62,709 nt of DNA, from contig CALJAP010000085.1 of NCBI GenBank assembly GCA_938027655.1, positions 1 through 62,709 of the forward strand, read 5' to 3'. This document shows, piece after piece, positions 54,902 through 62,709 of this stretch. Numbering within the stretch: position 1 is the first letter of the stretch; every line of letters starts with the position of its first letter. The position numbers and the translations under genes are program-made. This DNA is from an uncultured bacterium (GTDB lineage: Bacteria > Armatimonadota > HRBIN16). The notes under the pieces are model-generated. The model was not told the origin of the DNA. It saw nothing but the letters and a program-made list of their open reading frames with translations, and ran no database searches.

Positions 54902-56122
54902 ATGACAATGAAGGTAAAAACAGCGACAGAGAAACCAACACCGTTGACCCTGCTTATCGTGGAAGACCAGGCCAGTCACCGTCGTGTACTGGAGGCGCAC
55001 TTCTCTAAGCAATACGATGTGCTCACCGCCGAGCACGGTCAGCGTGCGCTGGAAATCGCTTCACAGCGGCCTGTTGACCTGTTGATTGTCGATCTGATTC
55101 TGCCCGGTGCGATGAACGGAATGGAGGTGCTGCAAAAGATTCGCGAGATGTATCCGGACGTAATGGCTATCATGATTACCGCGCATCCTACCGTTCGCAC
55201 AGCGGTACAGGCGATGAAAGATGGCGCGATAGACTATATCGAAAAGCCTATCGACCTAGACGAGCTGAAAACAATGGTGGACAGAGCAGCCGAGCAGTAT
55301 CGCCGCAAGCAGGAGGAAGCTCTACTCCAGCCTCAACACAGCGGCACTCTCGATCTGCAAGGTATTGTGGGCACCAGCGAGGCGATGCAGAAAGTGTATA
55401 GGATGATTGCGAAGGTCGCGGCGAGTAATGCAACCGTACTGATTCGCGGTGAAAGCGGTACCGGAAAGGAGCTGGTCGCCAAAGCCATTCATCGCAATAG
55501 CAATCGGGCGAACGGGCCGTTTATCGCCGTGTCCTGCGCCGCGCTACCGGAGACCTTGCTCGAAAGCGAGCTGTTCGGGCACGAGAGGAACGCTTTCACC
55601 GGCGCAACGTCACAAAAGCCGGGCCGGTTCGAACTGGCACACAAGGGCACCCTGTTCCTTGATGAAGTGGCAGAGATTAGTCCTGCTATTCAGGTGAAAT
55701 TGCTGCGCGTGCTGCAGGAACAAGAGTTCGAGCGGCTGGGTGGCACCAAGCCGATTAAAGTGGATGTACGCCTGCTCGCCGCCACGAACAAAAACCTAAA
55801 GGAGATGGTGAACAACAAAACCTTCCGCGATGACCTGTACTATCGCCTGCACGTCATCGAGATTTACCTGCCTCCCTTGCGCGAACGAACGGAAGACATT
55901 CCGCTTCTGGTGGAACACTTTCTGAATCATTACGGCAGGGAGAACGGCAAACGGCTCAAATCCGTTGCCCCCGAAGCGATGCACATCTTGAGGAACTACC
56001 ACTGGCCCGGCAACGTGCGCGAGCTGGAAAACGTCATCGAACGGGCGGTTGTGCTCGCTGACAGAGACACAGAACTGCTTACGCCCGACCTCTTGCCGGA
56101 TTCTATCACCAAGACAGTGTAA
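54902..56122 (+). CDS. sigma54-dependent response regulator (REC + AAA+), lacking the C-terminal Fis-type HTH
   Basis: REC (IVED, D, T, KP), GESGTGKE, ESELFGH, NAFTGA, LFLDEV, FRDDLYYRL, WPGNVRELEN. Stop 21 aa after ERAVVL. 406 aa. Confidence 0.92.
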   Translation: MTMKVKTATEKPTPLTLLIVEDQASHRRVLEAHFSKQYDVLTAEHGQRALEIASQRPVDLLIVDLILPGAMNGMEVLQKIREMYPDVMAIMITAHPTVRTAVQAMKDGAIDYIEKPIDLDELKTMVDRAAEQYRRKQEEALLQPQHSGTLDLQGIVGTSEAMQKVYRMIAKVAASNATVLIRGESGTGKELVAKAIHRNSNRANGPFIAVSCAALPETLLESELFGHERNAFTGATSQKPGRFELAHKGTLFLDEVAEISPAIQVKLLRVLQEQEFERLGGTKPIKVDVRLLAATNKNLKEMVNNKTFRDDLYYRLHVIEIYLPPLRERTEDIPLLVEHFLNHYGRENGKRLKSVAPEAMHILRNYHWPGNVRELENVIERAVVLADRDTELLTPDLLPDSITKTV

Positions 56123-56165
56123 ATCGCTTAGATTTTTTTGCAAATACCGGCAAAAACGCGCCGAA

Positions 56166-56181
56166 TGGTACGGAACTTGCA
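56166..56181 (+). promoter_or_regulatory. sigma54 (-24/-12) promoter, copy 2
   Basis: TGGTACGGAACTTGCA fits TGGYAC-N5-TTGCW. Lies directly downstream of the activator gene and upstream of the REC-PilZ gene. Confidence 0.8.
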
Positions 56182-56298
56182 GCTATATATGGACGGATAT
56201 GCTTTTGCAAGGATACCTGTTAAGAATGCAGGAATTGTATATTATCCTTAAAATCGCAACAGATGCCTGGTCCATGCTGAAAGGGGAAGTCTGATCCC

Positions 56299-57312
56299 AT
56301 GCCCAGAGTGCTGATAGCGGACGATGAGACGAACCTGTGTAAGGTGCTGGCTGCAAGGTTGCAGCAAAGTGGATTGCAGTGCGTGATTGCGCATGACGGT
56401 ATGCAGGCGCTGGAACTCCTCCGCTCACAACCCATCGATGTGGCGGTGCTGGACGTACGGCTCCCGCGCAAGAACGGTGTGCAGATACTGCGCGAAATCC
56501 GGCGAGACAATCCGCAGCTCCCTTGCGTGCTCATCACTGCTTTCGAGGACATCGAGTTACACGAGGAAGCGGCGCGTCTGAGAGCGAATGCTGTTTTGCA
56601 GAAGCCGTTTGACCTGGAAGCGTTCACCGAGCTTATCTGGAGGGAGATCAGCGCCCCTGCCTCCACGACGGGAGCGCCCATGCTGCTGCAGAACGGCGAG
56701 AAGGTGATTGTGGACATCCGGCGAGGCGAGTGGTCGTATACCTATGCACCGCGCGTCATTTCGCAAGACGACCGCATACTGGAGATCGAACCGCCGCTGG
56801 CAGTAGTGGATACAGAGGTGTTGTCGCAAGGGGTAGCTATTGTTCAGTTTACGCGTGGGGATGGCGTATACCAGTTTCGTTCGCGCATCGAGTTGGCTAC
56901 CACTCCCCGACAAGCGTTGTATCTGCGCAAGCCGGTCGCCATTCGTCGCCTGCAACGCCGCAAGCACCCACGCATTGCGGAAGAGGGACAGGTCAGCATC
57001 GTGTTTTCGTTCCGGGAGGAACGTGAGGCTGCTCCACTGACGCTTACGGGCGAACTGTACGACCTGAGTCACGGTGGTTTCTCCGTGTTGTTGTCGCAGG
57101 CGCCGCCCGTTGGCGAAGAGGTCTCCTTCCAGATGGCGCTACCCGAGGCAAACCTTACCCTCATCGGGCAAGCGCGGGTGGTGCATGTGGGCGGGATGAT
57201 TGCCGACAGGGTACCGGCGGTTTATCACGCAGGGCTGAGGTTCACCCGACTCGCGCCCGCCATGCGGCAAGCACTGGCGGAATGGGTGGAGAGGCTGTTG
57301 AAACAGGCGTGA
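56299..57312 (+). CDS. Response regulator receiver fused to YcgR-like PilZN + PilZ c-di-GMP-binding domains
   Basis: REC (IADDE, LDVRLP, ITA, QKP). PilZ motifs QRRKHPR (RxxxR) and DLSHGG (DxSxxG), GLRF. Confidence 0.85.
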   Translation: MPRVLIADDETNLCKVLAARLQQSGLQCVIAHDGMQALELLRSQPIDVAVLDVRLPRKNGVQILREIRRDNPQLPCVLITAFEDIELHEEAARLRANAVLQKPFDLEAFTELIWREISAPASTTGAPMLLQNGEKVIVDIRRGEWSYTYAPRVISQDDRILEIEPPLAVVDTEVLSQGVAIVQFTRGDGVYQFRSRIELATTPRQALYLRKPVAIRRLQRRKHPRIAEEGQVSIVFSFREEREAAPLTLTGELYDLSHGGFSVLLSQAPPVGEEVSFQMALPEANLTLIGQARVVHVGGMIADRVPAVYHAGLRFTRLAPAMRQALAEWVERLLKQA

Positions 57313-57337
57313 ACACAAAATCTTGAGGAGGCCTGCG

Positions 57338-58873
57338 TTGCTGGTTCGTGTACTTTCGGGCACCGTACACGGGATTGAACCGCATACTATCGAAGTGGAA
57401 GTGGACATGCAGCCGGGCGGGGTGCCGGCATTTACCCTCGTGGGTTTACCGGACCGCGCGGTGCAAGAAGCGATTGACCGCGTTCGCCTGGCTATTCGCA
57501 ACTCAGGACTGCACTGGCCCATGCGCCGTATCACCGTCAACCTGGCTCCTGCCGACCTGCGCAAGGAGGGGCCCGCTCTGGACTTGCCTATCGCCATCGG
57601 CATCCTGGCGGCAGCAGGGCAGGTAGACGGCGAATGGCTGGGCGAAACGTTTGTACTGGGTGAACTATCGCTGGACGGCACCGTGCGCCCGGTCACCGGG
57701 GTGTTGCCCACCGCCATTCACGCCCGCGAGCAGGGCGTGAAGCGCATGATTGTGCCCGCACCCAATGCCCCTGAGGCGGCAATTGTGGGCAATGTTCAGG
57801 TATACCCTGTTGCCAGCCTTGCGGAGGCAGTGGCGCTATTAAACACGCGCGACGGCATTACCCCGCTCAGCAACGACCCCGAACAGCTATTACAGCAACC
57901 GCCGAAGTATGAGGTGGATTTCGCCGATGTGAAAGGACAGCACCACGTCAAGCGCGCGCTGGAGGTTGCCGCAGCGGGAGGGCATAACGTGGTGATGATT
58001 GGTCCGCCGGGTTCCGGCAAGACGATGCTGGCGCGCCGTGTACCCACCATCTTGCCGCCGATGACGGTGGACGAAGCTATCGAGATTACCAAGCTGTACA
58101 GCGTCGCCGGGTTGTTGCCTCCGAACACCGGGCTATTGACCACGCGCCCCTTCCGCTCACCACACCATACCAGCAGTAACGCCGCACTGGTAGGGGGCGG
58201 AAGTGTGCCTCGCCCGGGCGAGGTGAGCCTGGCGCACAACGGGGTGCTTTTCCTCGACGAGCTGCCGGAGTTTCGTCGCGAAGTACTGGAGGTGCTGCGT
58301 CAGCCGCTGGAGGACGGCGTGGTGAGCATCGCGCGGGTGCAAGCCAGCATCGCCTACCCGGCCCGCTTCATGCTAATCGCCGCCATGAACCCCTGCCCGT
58401 GCGGATACTTCGGTGACCCCCAACATGGGTGTACCTGCTCGCCCACGCAAATCCGCAAATATCAACAGCGAGTGTCAGGACCGCTGCTCGACCGCATTGA
58501 CATCCATATCGAAGTGCCGCGCCTCACCCCCGACGACCTGCTGCGCACCCAACCGGGCGAGCCGTCGGAAGCCATTCGCGAGCGGGTGGTGCGTGCACGA
58601 GAGATTCAGCAGAGGCGGTTTGAAGGCACAACCGTCCGCTGTAACGCGCAGATGAGCACGCGCATGCTGCGCCAGTTCTGTCCGCTCTCGGAGGATGTGA
58701 AAGCGATGCTACGGCAGGTGAGCCAGCAGATGGGCATCAGCGCACGCGCCTTTGACCGCATCGTGAAACTGGCGCGCACCATCGCCGACCTTGCCGGTGA
58801 GGAGCAAATCGGCTTGACGCACGTGGCAGAAGCCATCCAGTACCGCAGTCTGGACAGGCGTATCTGGCTGTAA
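57338..58873 (+). CDS. comM: YifB/ComM family Mg-chelatase-like AAA ATPase
   Basis: LVGLPD, ITVNLAPADL.K, GPPGSGKTMLA, RPFRSPHH, LFLDELPEF, NPCPCG, SGPLLDRID. Confidence 0.92.
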   Translation: MLVRVLSGTVHGIEPHTIEVEVDMQPGGVPAFTLVGLPDRAVQEAIDRVRLAIRNSGLHWPMRRITVNLAPADLRKEGPALDLPIAIGILAAAGQVDGEWLGETFVLGELSLDGTVRPVTGVLPTAIHAREQGVKRMIVPAPNAPEAAIVGNVQVYPVASLAEAVALLNTRDGITPLSNDPEQLLQQPPKYEVDFADVKGQHHVKRALEVAAAGGHNVVMIGPPGSGKTMLARRVPTILPPMTVDEAIEITKLYSVAGLLPPNTGLLTTRPFRSPHHTSSNAALVGGGSVPRPGEVSLAHNGVLFLDELPEFRREVLEVLRQPLEDGVVSIARVQASIAYPARFMLIAAMNPCPCGYFGDPQHGCTCSPTQIRKYQQRVSGPLLDRIDIHIEVPRLTPDDLLRTQPGEPSEAIRERVVRAREIQQRRFEGTTVRCNAQMSTRMLRQFCPLSEDVKAMLRQVSQQMGISARAFDRIVKLARTIADLAGEEQIGLTHVAEAIQYRSLDRRIWL

Positions 58874-58876
58874 AGG

Positions 58877-59533
58877 CTATATCTGGCTGGGGTCAATTCC
58901 CATCTCGCGCAGCTTCGCCGCGAGGCGTTCGGCACGGTGGTGCTCAGCTTCTGCCAGTTGCCCCAGCTCCAGAAAGCTCAGGAACTTGCGTCCGTCTGGG
59001 TAGAACAGGCCCACCTCCGCGTCCTTGCCTTTCTCGAAGCGAATGCCCAGACGTGGACTGCGCCAGCCTTCCATCTGAGAAACAGGGGTCAGCCTCCCTT
59101 CTTGGCGCGTCCAGCCGTCCCATTCACCGCTTTCCGGGTAGTACAGGTAATATTCCTCCACACCGTAGCGGTCGTAGAAAGCCAGTTTCTCCAGCATCTG
59201 TGACACCCGGTTGCCGGGCGACCACACCTCGAACACCACCTGCGGGGGGATATTGCCCTCTTCCCACTGCTTGTACGACCGGCGGTGCCCCTTGGGACGA
59301 CCGAACGCCACCATCACATCCGGGGCTTGCCGAATCTCCGGATTCCCCTCTACGGGATACCAGAGCAGGTCTCCCGCTACGAAAACATCGGCGTTTTCGG
59401 CAAAGAGTAGTTCCAGATTGCCCTTGATGGTCACAATGCATTCGAACTGTATCGTATTGTCCGCCATCGGTTGACCGTCCGAGTCAGGATAGAACACCTT
59501 TCGCTCTGTTTGCACCGCTGTGGACATCGCCAT
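58877..59533 (-). CDS. Uma2 family putative endonuclease
   Basis: YPDSDGQPMADNTIQF, APDVMV, PQVVFEVWSPGN, YGVEEYYLY, RAERLAAKLRE.GIDP. Confidence 0.92.
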   Translation of the reverse strand: MAMSTAVQTERKVFYPDSDGQPMADNTIQFECIVTIKGNLELLFAENADVFVAGDLLWYPVEGNPEIRQAPDVMVAFGRPKGHRRSYKQWEEGNIPPQVVFEVWSPGNRVSQMLEKLAFYDRYGVEEYYLYYPESGEWDGWTRQEGRLTPVSQMEGWRSPRLGIRFEKGKDAEVGLFYPDGRKFLSFLELGQLAEAEHHRAERLAAKLREMGIDPSQI

Positions 59534-59621
59534 CAACCTCCGGGGTGCAGGGTGTATTCAGCATACCATAGTGCCCCATCTCTCTGCAAGCTGGCACGGG
59601 TTCACGACTGCCGTGACCATA

Positions 59622-59648
59622 CGGCTCGGCAGGAGCCTCCCCCTCCAG
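59622..59648. repeat. REP-like element, single arm
   Basis: CGGCTCGGCAGGAGCCTCCCCCTCCAG, near-identical to 19428-19453 and 62656-62682. Confidence 0.8.
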
Positions 59649-59712
59649 TGCGTTGCGCGAACATGCTTTGCAATCGTCCTCACCATCTGCTACAATCAGT
59701 ACAGGAGCGACG

Positions 59713-61083
59713 ATGAGCCTGTTTGAGCAGAAAAACCTATACGAAACGGAAGCGGAGGCACCGCTGGCGGCGCGGATGCGTCCCCGCACACTGGAGGAGT
59801 TCGTCGGGCAGGAGCATCTGGTCGGTGAGGGGACGGCGATTCGCAAAGCCATCGAGAACGACCAGCTCGGCTCGGTCATCTTCTGGGGACCGCCCGGCTG
59901 CGGCAAGTCCACGCTGGCGCGTATTATCGCCGCGCACACCAGATGCCACTTTGTGGAATACAGCGCGGTGACCAGCGGTGTCGCCGAAGTGCGCCGGGCT
60001 ATCGAGGAGGCACGCAGCCGTCGCCAGCTGCACGGTCAGCGCACCATCCTATTCGTAGACGAGATACACCGCTTCAACCGTGCCCAGCAAGACGCCTTTC
60101 TGCCCCACGTGGAGAACGGCACGATTATCCTGATGGGCGCGACCACCGAGAACCCCTACTTCGCCATCAACGCGCCGCTGCTCAGCCGCTCACGGGTGTT
60201 GCGCTTCGAGCCGTTGAACGAGGAGCACCTGCGCCTCATCGTGGAGCGTGCGCTTGTTGACGAGGAACGCGGGCTGGGCAAACTGCACGTGCATCTTCCG
60301 CCAGAGTGCATGGACTATCTGCTGCGGATCGCCAACGGGGATGCCCGCGTGGCGCTGAACGTGCTGGAGGCGGCAACCGCCCTCGCCGAACCCGACACGC
60401 AGGGCAGGCGCATCGTTACACTGGAGATGCTGGAACAGGTGGTACAACAGCGCGCCGCGCGTTACGACCGTGAAGGCGACGAGCACTACGACACCATTTC
60501 CGCTTTCATCAAGTCGGTTCGCGGTTCCGACCCCGATGCGGCGCTACATTACCTCGCCCGTATGATTCGCGCGGGAGAAGACCCCCGTTTCATCGCCCGT
60601 CGGCTGGTTATCCTCGCCAGCGAGGACATCGGCAACGCTGATCCCCATGCCCTGCTGGTGGCGGTGGCGGCGATGGAGGCGGTGCAGTTCATCGGGCTGC
60701 CGGAGGCGCAAATCACGTTAGCGCAAGCCACCACTTACCTTGCCTGTGCGCCCAAGAGCAATGCCAGCTACATGGCACTGAATAAAGCCATGCACGACCT
60801 GGAGACACAGCCTTTAGCCCCCGTGCCCCTGCACCTGCGAGACGCCAGTTATCCGGGCGCACAGCAACTGGGGCACGGTAAGGAGTACATCTACCCGCAC
60901 CACTACCCGGGACACTGGGTACCCCAGCGTTACCTGCCCGAAGGCAACTGGAACCTGCCCTACTATGAGCCTTCCGACAGCGGGCTGGAGCGCAAAATCG
61001 CGGAACGCCTGCGGCAGCTGCGCGAGCGTCTGGAACGCCCTTCCGCCCCCCGTGAGGAAGACGAAACCGCGCCGAACCCTTGA
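59713..61083 (+). CDS. rarA: Replication-associated recombination protein A (RarA/MgsA)
   Basis: [61 protein letters not shown]. Confidence 0.96.
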   Translation: MSLFEQKNLYETEAEAPLAARMRPRTLEEFVGQEHLVGEGTAIRKAIENDQLGSVIFWGPPGCGKSTLARIIAAHTRCHFVEYSAVTSGVAEVRRAIEEARSRRQLHGQRTILFVDEIHRFNRAQQDAFLPHVENGTIILMGATTENPYFAINAPLLSRSRVLRFEPLNEEHLRLIVERALVDEERGLGKLHVHLPPECMDYLLRIANGDARVALNVLEAATALAEPDTQGRRIVTLEMLEQVVQQRAARYDREGDEHYDTISAFIKSVRGSDPDAALHYLARMIRAGEDPRFIARRLVILASEDIGNADPHALLVAVAAMEAVQFIGLPEAQITLAQATTYLACAPKSNASYMALNKAMHDLETQPLAPVPLHLRDASYPGAQQLGHGKEYIYPHHYPGHWVPQRYLPEGNWNLPYYEPSDSGLERKIAERLRQLRERLERPSAPREEDETAPNP

Positions 61084-61108
61084 CAAAGCGCGGGTTGTTG
61101 GGCATAAT
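61080..61108 (+). promoter_or_regulatory. sigma70 promoter of the tRNA gene
   Basis: TTGACA-N17-CATAAT, 13 nt before the tRNA. Confidence 0.8.
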
Positions 61109-61121
61109 ATATAGCGGTTGC

Positions 61122-61195
61122 TGCGGGGTCGTTCAGCGGCAGGACGCCTGGCTCTGGACCAGGTAACGGTGGTTCGAATCCATCCCCCGCAGCCA
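61122..61195 (+). tRNA. tRNA-Gln (anticodon CTG)
   Basis: Acceptor TGCGGGG/CCCCGCA + G + CCA. Anticodon arm CCTGG-CTCTGGA-CCAGG. T arm GGTTCGAATCC. Confidence 0.96.
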
Positions 61196-61204
61196 GTTTT
61201 GTTT

Positions 61205-62371
61205 TTACGCCACACCCAGCAGCAGGTCTATCACCAGCTGGTCCAGCTTCTCATAGCCCAGCCCTTTCCTGCCCAGTGCTTCGATATCGAACTGTTTCTG
61301 ACGCAGAGCCTGCGCGTTTTGGGGAGAGTAGCTGCTCATCAGGCTCTCCAACTCGGCGTCGCGAGGCTGAATCTGTGCCAGCAGTTCCTGAATGGCGGGG
61401 TGTTCGTTAAATTGCTTCGCCTTCTCCTTGAGAATCAGATAGGTGCGCATACAACCCTTCGCGAACTCCCACACGCCCTCTTCGTCTTCGGTGCGATAGG
61501 CGTGCGCGTCGAAGTGGCGCGGACCGTTGTAGCCGTGGTCCTCCAGCAGTTTCACCAGGAAGAACGCGCCTTTGATGTCCTCCGAGCCGAAGCGCAGGTC
61601 CTGGTCGTAACGGTTGAGCTTCTGGGCGTTCAGGTCGATGTGGAACAGCTTGCCCGCTTCCAGCGCCTGCCCGACGGCGTGCGCGAAGTTCAAGCCCGCC
61701 ATATGCTCATGGGCGACCTCGGGATTGACGCCCACCATGTCGGGGTCATCCAGCGTGTTGATAAACGCCAACATCGCGCCCACGTTGGGCAGGAAAATGT
61801 CGCCACGCGGCTCGTTGGGTTTGGGCTCCATCGCGAAGCGCAGGTTGTACTTGCGGTCTTTCACATAGTGAATCAGGAAGTTGATGCACTCGCGATAGCG
61901 TTTGATAGCGTCGGTGGGGTCTTTGGCGGCGTCCGTTTCAGTGCCTTCTCGCCCGCCCCAGAAGACATATATCTCCGCGCCCAGTTCCACCGCCAGGTCT
62001 ATCGCCTGCATGGACTTCTGCAGGGCATATGCGCGCACCTTCGGGTCGTTGGAGGTGAACGCGCCATCCTTAAAGACGGGGTGGTAGAACAGGTTGGTCG
62101 TGCCCATCACCAGCTTCATTCCGTAGTCGTCGAGAGCCTTTTTGAACTCCTTCACGATACGGTCGCGCTCGGCAGGGGAGGCGTCGACGGGCACGAGGTC
62201 GTTATCGTGCAGGTTCACCCCGTATGCGCCCAGTTCAGACAGCTTCTGCACCGCGCGGATGGGAGTGACCACATCGCGCACCACATCGCCGAACGGGTCG
62301 CGCCCGCGGTTGCCCACCGTCCACAATCCGAAGGTGAACTTGTGTTCCTTGCGAGGGGTATAGGCGTCCAT
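61205..62371 (-). CDS. xylA: Xylose isomerase (short Thermus/Streptomyces-type)
   Basis: [47 protein letters not shown]. Start re-called at 62371. Confidence 0.96.
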   Translation of the reverse strand: MDAYTPRKEHKFTFGLWTVGNRGRDPFGDVVRDVVTPIRAVQKLSELGAYGVNLHDNDLVPVDASPAERDRIVKEFKKALDDYGMKLVMGTTNLFYHPVFKDGAFTSNDPKVRAYALQKSMQAIDLAVELGAEIYVFWGGREGTETDAAKDPTDAIKRYRECINFLIHYVKDRKYNLRFAMEPKPNEPRGDIFLPNVGAMLAFINTLDDPDMVGVNPEVAHEHMAGLNFAHAVGQALEAGKLFHIDLNAQKLNRYDQDLRFGSEDIKGAFFLVKLLEDHGYNGPRHFDAHAYRTEDEEGVWEFAKGCMRTYLILKEKAKQFNEHPAIQELLAQIQPRDAELESLMSSYSPQNAQALRQKQFDIEALGRKGLGYEKLDQLVIDLLLGVA

Positions 62372-62475
62372 AGCGGAACCTCCTTTCAACGAATGTACTC
62401 TTGCTTTCGCGAGGGGAGGGGGATATTCCTGTCAGGGCACCGCAGAGGATTGTGCCCCACCCCGTAAAGCAACCT

Positions 62476-62577
62476 TCTATGGCTGACCGGCTACCTTCTG
62501 ACACCGATGTGTGGCAAGCGACAGTGCATGAGCAGCAATTCCCTCATCACTCAAGATGTGGAGTTCGGCGACCTCTC
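62476..62577 (+). pseudogene. Possible decayed DUF5615 (PIN-like) gene fragment
   Basis: Joining frames across two shifts gives LTGY-SDTDVWQATVHEQQF-LITQDVEFGDL, resembling the DxxVW...R.LITxDxDFG pattern. No intact ORF. Confidence 0.35.
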
Positions 62578-62655
62578 CCCCTTGCGCACCGCCCTCGCCC
62601 GCGAGCCGGTGGTACGCTTACAACCGCTTTGGCAGAGGAGGAGGTAGGCGCGAAC

Positions 62656-62682
62656 CGCTCGGCAGGAGCCTCGCCCTCCAGA
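62656..62682. repeat. REP-like element, single arm
   Basis: CGCTCGGCAGGAGCCTCGCCCTCCAGA, third copy of the family. Confidence 0.8.
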
Positions 62683-62709
62683 GAGGTTGTGCGTGGTATA
62701 CTCTACGTG

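Noticed and set aside
61122-61195. tRNA as an integration site (att duplication)
   Set aside because: I saw no second copy of the tRNA 3' end in the window, and the flanks are rarA and xylA.
61118-62467. 449-aa plus-strand ORF
   Set aside because: Antisense shadow of xylA that also runs through the tRNA. Such ORFs are typical of high-GC codon bias.

Overview
A GC-rich bacterial chromosomal window of about 55 genes, mostly housekeeping. Gene content suggests a thermophilic Armatimonadota-like organism (inference only). The left edge carries a two-gene defence module. It pairs a PLD-nuclease/SNF2-helicase fusion with a >1018-aa N6-adenine DNA methyltransferase that runs off the window and is missing from the ORF track. 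The middle holds comF, two large secreted CAZyme-like proteins, orphan oligopeptide-type ABC ATPases, ubiD and a cruF-crtI-GT2-acyltransferase-crtB carotenoid operon. It also holds an ECF sigma/anti-sigma/degP unit, a detached nuoB-nuoI pair, citrate synthase, xerD, an M16 peptidase pair and alaS. Further right are a ferritin-like/VIT1 transporter with a Fur-like box, queA, wzm/wzt, comM/yifB, rarA, tRNA-Gln(CTG) and xylA. The most notable signal is a putative regulatory circuit. A sigma28-like promoter precedes a soluble GAF-GAF-PAS kinase and a sigma54 activator that lacks its DNA-binding HTH and has NAFTGA instead of GAFTGA. Two sigma54 promoters about 11.8 kb apart share the same upstream architecture. 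One precedes a REC-PilZ gene; the other precedes a ~210-nt highly structured, terminated, apparently non-coding RNA downstream of alaS. Several REP-like palindromes and three decayed genes are also visible. All family calls come from motif recognition by eye; no database searches were run.
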